The notes below the pieces were generated by a model. The model was not told the DNA's origin and ran no database searches. It worked only from the letters and a program-made list of their open reading frames with translations. Of a stretch of DNA of 64,000 bases, positions 59,771 through 64,000 are shown piece by piece. Every line of letters starts with the position of its first letter. Position 1 is the first letter of the stretch. A program made the translations under genes and the position numbers. Source of the stretch: an uncultured archaeon (GTDB lineage Archaea > Asgardarchaeota > Thorarchaeia > Thorarchaeales > Thorarchaeaceae); NCBI GenBank assembly GCA_964473825.1, contig CAYYQL010000001.1:224001-288000 (forward strand). Reading direction: 5' to 3'.

Positions 59771-59940
59771 CCCAAAGGGCGAAGACAACGACGAACACAA
59801 GACTTAAACTGAATCAGGCGGCTCTCGCTTATGGTGACAATATTGACAGCTGGTGGATTAGTTCATCTGTTTCTGTGAGATTGCTCTGAGAAAGACACTG
59901 GCTCCCATTGTTGCCGAAAGTAGGACTGGAGAATTGTATT

Positions 59941-61248
59941 TTGAGTGAACTCAGAACAGTCAGAGGAATGCGTGACTTGATGGGATCTGAAATCCTAATC
60001 AGAGACTATCTAGAGGAAACCGCAGTGGAGGTCTTCAAACTCTTTGGGTATGAACCACTGGACTCGCCCGTGATGGAACTGTGGGAGACCCTTTCAGCAA
60101 AGGGAGGAGAGGACGTTGAAGCTGAAACCTTCCGCTTCGAAGACAAGGGTGATCGAGAGGTAGGTCTCAGGTTTGATCTCACGGTTCCTCTGGCGCGAAT
60201 TGTCGCGACCAATCTGCATCTGCCCAAACCATTCAAGAGGTATGCAGTCGGCAAGGCATGGAGGTACGACAGACCTCAAGCAGGAAGATACAGGGAGTTC
60301 ACTCAGGCAGATGTAGACATCGTGGGTTCTCAGAATCCCGCTGCCGATGCAGAGGTGGTTCTGGTTGCGCTGGAGTTTCTTGACCGTGTCCTGCAGCGAG
60401 ACTACTTGATAAAGATCAACAGCAGAAAGGTCTTGAAAGGTCTCACAGAAAAGGCAGATGTTCCCGATACACTCGCCCATGAATGTTTCAGAGCCATTGA
60501 TAAGCTGGACAAGATAGGCAAAGAAGGCGTGGTAGAAGAGCTTAAGGCGAGGGGCATTGCCGACAGGTCAAGTCGCTTCCTCATTGATGCCATTGACCTC
60601 AGTGGAGAGAGCATGTCAGTCCTTGACGAGTTCCAAGAAGTTCTGAAAGGTTCAAAGGTCGGGCAAGAGGGTGTGGAAGAGCTCAGAGTCATGGCCGAGA
60701 TATTCGAAGAGTGCAGAAAGAGCGAGTACATAGAGTTTGACATTTCTCTGGCAAGAGGCCTCGATTACTACACGGGTCCTGTTTTTGAGGGAAGGTATCT
60801 GGGCAAACCAGATGTTGGTTCGATTCTTGGAGGCGGGAGATATGACAATCTGATAGAGAAGTTCGGAGGTCCACAGACTCCAGCTACTGGCATATCGCTT
60901 GGAATCGGACGTCTCATCGATGTGATGTTAGAGAGGGGCTTGGGTGAGGAGCTTACCCCTGAGGTTGACGCCTTCATAGCACCTATCAAGCAGCCAATGG
61001 TCAAACACGCAATGCGCATCCAATCAGAACTTGTGGCTGCTGGAATATCGTGCGAAGTGGACCTAATGGACCGCCCGCTCGGCAAACTGCTGGAGCTTGC
61101 GGATTCACGGAACGCAAGGTTCACCATCATAGTAGGCAAGAGAGACCTATCAAAGGGAGAAGTGAGTCTCCGTAATATGGCCACAAAGGAAACCGAACAG
61201 GTCAAATTAGATGATATCGTTGAGAGAGTCCTTCGCTTCACCCAGTAG
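59941..61248 (+). CDS. hisS: Histidyl-tRNA synthetase
   Basis: VRGMRD, LRFDLTVPLAR, WRYDRPQAGRYREFTQ, LARGLDYYTG, GGGRYDNL; TTG start at 59941. Confidence 0.96.
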   Translation: MSELRTVRGMRDLMGSEILIRDYLEETAVEVFKLFGYEPLDSPVMELWETLSAKGGEDVEAETFRFEDKGDREVGLRFDLTVPLARIVATNLHLPKPFKRYAVGKAWRYDRPQAGRYREFTQADVDIVGSQNPAADAEVVLVALEFLDRVLQRDYLIKINSRKVLKGLTEKADVPDTLAHECFRAIDKLDKIGKEGVVEELKARGIADRSSRFLIDAIDLSGESMSVLDEFQEVLKGSKVGQEGVEELRVMAEIFEECRKSEYIEFDISLARGLDYYTGPVFEGRYLGKPDVGSILGGGRYDNLIEKFGGPQTPATGISLGIGRLIDVMLERGLGEELTPEVDAFIAPIKQPMVKHAMRIQSELVAAGISCEVDLMDRPLGKLLELADSRNARFTIIVGKRDLSKGEVSLRNMATKETEQVKLDDIVERVLRFTQ

Positions 61249-61350
61249 TATGAAGACACTTCGTGAACAGGTTCGCATCAGCTAAGAAACGACAGGCTTC
61301 AAATCAAAGCATTTTTCTCTCACATGACCATAAGAACCGTGGGATGTAAG

Positions 61351-62190
61351 ATGGTTCGGATGCCAGTCGTCGCCGGAAGCTTCTACGAGGGGGAGGAGAG
61401 TCTCCTCAGAAACAGAATAGAGTCCTGCTTCAAATCAGAACTCGGCCCGGGTGTGCTTCCGGATGGTACTCCGGGAGAGAGGAGAGTCCTAAAAGCTGCT
61501 ATAGCCCCTCATGCAGGATATGTCTACTCTGGACCTCCTGCGGCTAATACGTATCTTGAGATTTTCAGAGATGGAAGACCTGACCACATAGCCATTCTTG
61601 GGCCTAATCACACGGGTTTCGGTGCACCACTAGCTGTGTGCGAAGAAGACTGGATGACTCCCTTAGGAAGAGTCAAGTATGATGCCGAGCTTGGACAGTC
61701 TATTATTGAACAGAACACATATGCATCGTCCGACTGTCTGGCTCACAACAACGAACACTCTATTGAGGTTCAACTGCCCTTTCTCCAGTACATGTTCCCA
61801 GATGATCTGAGCTTTGTTCCAGTGTGTATTTCCGATCAGAGTTGGGAGGTCTGCAAGTCTATAGGCACAACCTTAGCTGACCTCTCAGAAGAAATGGATA
61901 TTCTGGTGTTGGCAAGTTCTGATTTCACCCACCACGAACCAGCTGATGTAGCAAAAAAGAAAGACAACCAAGCGATAGAATACCTTGAATACATGGATTC
62001 CAAGGGATTCTTGGATTTTGTGCAGAAACATCGAATCAGTATATGTGGGGCGGGCCCCATAACAGCGGCACTCGAGTATGCAAACCAAGTAGATGCGACG
62101 GAATTCGAGCTGTTGAAGTACACAAACTCAGGAGATGTACTTGGTGACTACAAGAGCGTTGTAGCCTATGTGTCAGCCGTATTCAGATGA
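61351..62190 (+). CDS. MEMO1 family protein (AmmeMemoRadiSam B)
   Basis: RMPVVAGSFY, APHAGYVYSG, GPNH, EHSIEVQLPFLQ, ASSDFTH, CGAGP. Confidence 0.93.
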   Translation: MVRMPVVAGSFYEGEESLLRNRIESCFKSELGPGVLPDGTPGERRVLKAAIAPHAGYVYSGPPAANTYLEIFRDGRPDHIAILGPNHTGFGAPLAVCEEDWMTPLGRVKYDAELGQSIIEQNTYASSDCLAHNNEHSIEVQLPFLQYMFPDDLSFVPVCISDQSWEVCKSIGTTLADLSEEMDILVLASSDFTHHEPADVAKKKDNQAIEYLEYMDSKGFLDFVQKHRISICGAGPITAALEYANQVDATEFELLKYTNSGDVLGDYKSVVAYVSAVFR

Positions 62191-62210
62191 GCATCAGTCT
62201 GAAAGGAGCC

Positions 62211-62720
62211 TCATTGCTTGAGAATGACCCTGCTAACGCCCTCGATTCCAGAGAGTACCTCGATTGCAGCTCCGGGGAGTGGGGTCTGCGTGATCACCTT
62301 GAGACAGGGTTCTCGGTGGATTGCAACATCCTCTGCGATGACCTGACGAATTGCGACGCCATAGCCAGAAATAACAGAAGTGACTTGAGACAGAATGCCG
62401 GGATTCCCAGGGGACTCGACATGGATTATTACAACACCATATCCAAGAATCTTCCGGACACCTTCAAGAGAAGAACCGGCGGGCTCGAGATTCGAGAAGA
62501 ACCTGAACAATCCCTCATCTTTACAGATGTCCTCGGTCGTCACACGGACTGTTCTCCGATCGATGCCCAAAGCATCACCGATAGATTTTAGCGGGACACG
62601 AATCGAACCACAACTGATGTCGCCGGGTTCATTGACCTTGAATCCGTGACTGATTATGGCCTGGGCTACCTCTAACCTCATAGGAGTATCTTGGAAATAC
62701 TCAACAATCCTTCGCCACAT
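62211..62720 (-). CDS. Archaeal HTH-ACT amino-acid metabolism regulator
   Basis: IGDALGIDRRTV HTH; PGILSQVTSVI..IRQ ACT domain. Confidence 0.88.
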   Translation of the reverse strand: MWRRIVEYFQDTPMRLEVAQAIISHGFKVNEPGDISCGSIRVPLKSIGDALGIDRRTVRVTTEDICKDEGLFRFFSNLEPAGSSLEGVRKILGYGVVIIHVESPGNPGILSQVTSVISGYGVAIRQVIAEDVAIHREPCLKVITQTPLPGAAIEVLSGIEGVSRVILKQ

Positions 62721-62743
62721 GGGGAAACACGCATTCCATCAAT

Positions 62744-63274
62744 TCACTGAAGCATCTTTTCATAGAGCACTTCATCAATATATCCCTTCGGCATTTTGAA
62801 ATGCTTATGCCTTGTTCCCACAAGGCGATACCCAATTCCTTCGTATAGATGGCGGGCACTCTCATTGCCTGCAAAGGTGCTAAGAGTGATCTTTGCATAG
62901 CCCTCATTCAGAGCTGCTTCTTCTGCACAAGTCATCAGAGACTTGCCTACACCCACACCTCTTAAGTTGCTGACCACAATAATCCCTAGTTTAGCCACAT
63001 GCCGTGAAGCCTCCCATTCTTCTGGCTGCAGCGAGAGATGACCAGCATAAGCACCATCGATGTGAGCAACAAGAAGGACCTCTCTGACGTCCTGAGCACG
63101 CTCTATCCAAGTGGCCCAATCTGAGGGTCCGGCCTTGGGTTTGAAGCTAGGTAGCCATTGGCCCTCCTCAATCACATCACAAAAACCACGATACATGTCT
63201 TGGGCGTCCTCAGACCTCGCATGACGAAGAACTAGATCTCGTTCGTCTTTGGTTTTGAGGTGCCAATCGCTCAA
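62744..63274 (-). CDS. GNAT acetyltransferase
   Basis: RGVGVGKSLM, NESARHLYEGIGY. Confidence 0.9.
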   Translation of the reverse strand: MSDWHLKTKDERDLVLRHARSEDAQDMYRGFCDVIEEGQWLPSFKPKAGPSDWATWIERAQDVREVLLVAHIDGAYAGHLSLQPEEWEASRHVAKLGIIVVSNLRGVGVGKSLMTCAEEAALNEGYAKITLSTFAGNESARHLYEGIGYRLVGTRHKHFKMPKGYIDEVLYEKMLQ

Positions 63275-63435
63275 ATCACCATCTCAGTGCAGCAGGTACA
63301 AGAGCCGACAAAAAAGATTATGGTAGTGACACAAATCTTAGTACATTGGCGGTGTTTGCGCTAGCTTTAAAAACGCCGTGCATTTTCAGCCCACATCGAC
63401 CACAACAGGTGACTCGGTATCAGGAAGGCGTCAGG

Positions 63436-64000
63436 ATGAATGGCAAGAGAATTACGGTAATACTACTACTGACAGCAATATTCGTTGGGACACTGCAACT
63501 GCCTCCACTCGCCGGTAACGTCACAGCTAGTAACAACGTTTTCAACAAGGAGAAGGGCGGTGTCTTCGAAGCTTACTTCGAGTCGGAGAACATCACAATC
63601 ACCCTGACTACTCCTGCAAATACGAGTACTTTGGTCGGAACGGTGAACATCACCTTAGATGTTGTATCAGACTACGACCCACTGAATCTAACACTCTTCG
63701 TGGATGATGAGATATACCCCGACCTGAACCGCACCGAGATCTCTGTTGGTCTGCAGAACGTGACGATAGACACACTGACTCTTCCAGAGGGCTATCTGAA
63801 TTTCACTTTCCTCTTTGAGAATGCGTCATCAGGTGCTATCGATCGGCAAAGCTATCCTTTGCTCTTCGAGGTGGATAATCATGGTTATCCGAGTGTGGAG
63901 ATACTCGCACCGAGCGAGGATGAAGCATTCACAGGGCTGGATGAGCTGTATCTCAACATCTCATCTTCCTACGATGAAGTCTATCTCAACATAACAGTCA
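63436..64000 (+). CDS. Secreted Ig-like repeat surface glycoprotein (truncated by window end)
   Basis: Not in the ORF track. Open from ATG 63436: MNGKRITVILLLTAIFVGTLQ...ITLTTPANTSTLVGTVNITLDV...FEVDNHGYPSVEILAP; about 11 NxS/T sequons in 188 aa. Confidence 0.85.
   Translation, partial: MNGKRITVILLLTAIFVGTLQLPPLAGNVTASNNVFNKEKGGVFEAYFESENITITLTTPANTSTLVGTVNITLDVVSDYDPLNLTLFVDDEIYPDLNRTEISVGLQNVTIDTLTLPEGYLNFTFLFENASSGAIDRQSYPLLFEVDNHGYPSVEILAPSEDEAFTGLDELYLNISSSYDEVYLNITV

Noticed and set aside
61351-62190. Complete AmmeMemoRadiSam system
   Set aside because: Only the MEMO1 gene is present; no AMMECR1 or radical SAM gene lies nearby.
1-64000. tRNA, rRNA, CRISPR arrays, inteins
   Set aside because: None recognised by eye in the intergenic gaps, and protein lengths are normal. 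tRNAscan-SE and Infernal were not run.

Overview
Gene-dense archaeal chromosomal window. Gene content suggests an Asgard archaeon, most like Thorarchaeia (inference): archaeal MAT, thermosome, Rpo6, GlyRS/TrpRS/HisRS, Fap7-type kinase, PAC2, bacterial-type MutL, class II HMG-CoA reductase and giant Trp/Tyr-rich surface proteins. About 56 CDS are supported. No tRNA, rRNA or CRISPR array was recognised by eye. Housekeeping genes are mixed with a radical 2-hydroxyacyl-CoA dehydratase/benzoyl-CoA reductase-type operon and many membrane or surface proteins. Main findings: (1) a 219-aa protein resembling both eukaryotic CINP and C1orf109 (adaptors of the SPATA5/AFG2 AAA+ complex); (2) a convergent pair of alpha-SNAP-like solenoid proteins, one fused to Ig-like domains; (3) dispersed YdjG/YdjI (SPFH)-like membrane-stress genes; (4) an HhH-Rpo6 fusion; (5) an HTH-CBS regulator divergent from MAT with tandem palindromes between them; (6) a 140-bp IS903-like MITE with a perfect 9-bp target duplication. 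All homology calls come from motif recognition and remembered sequences, not from database searches.
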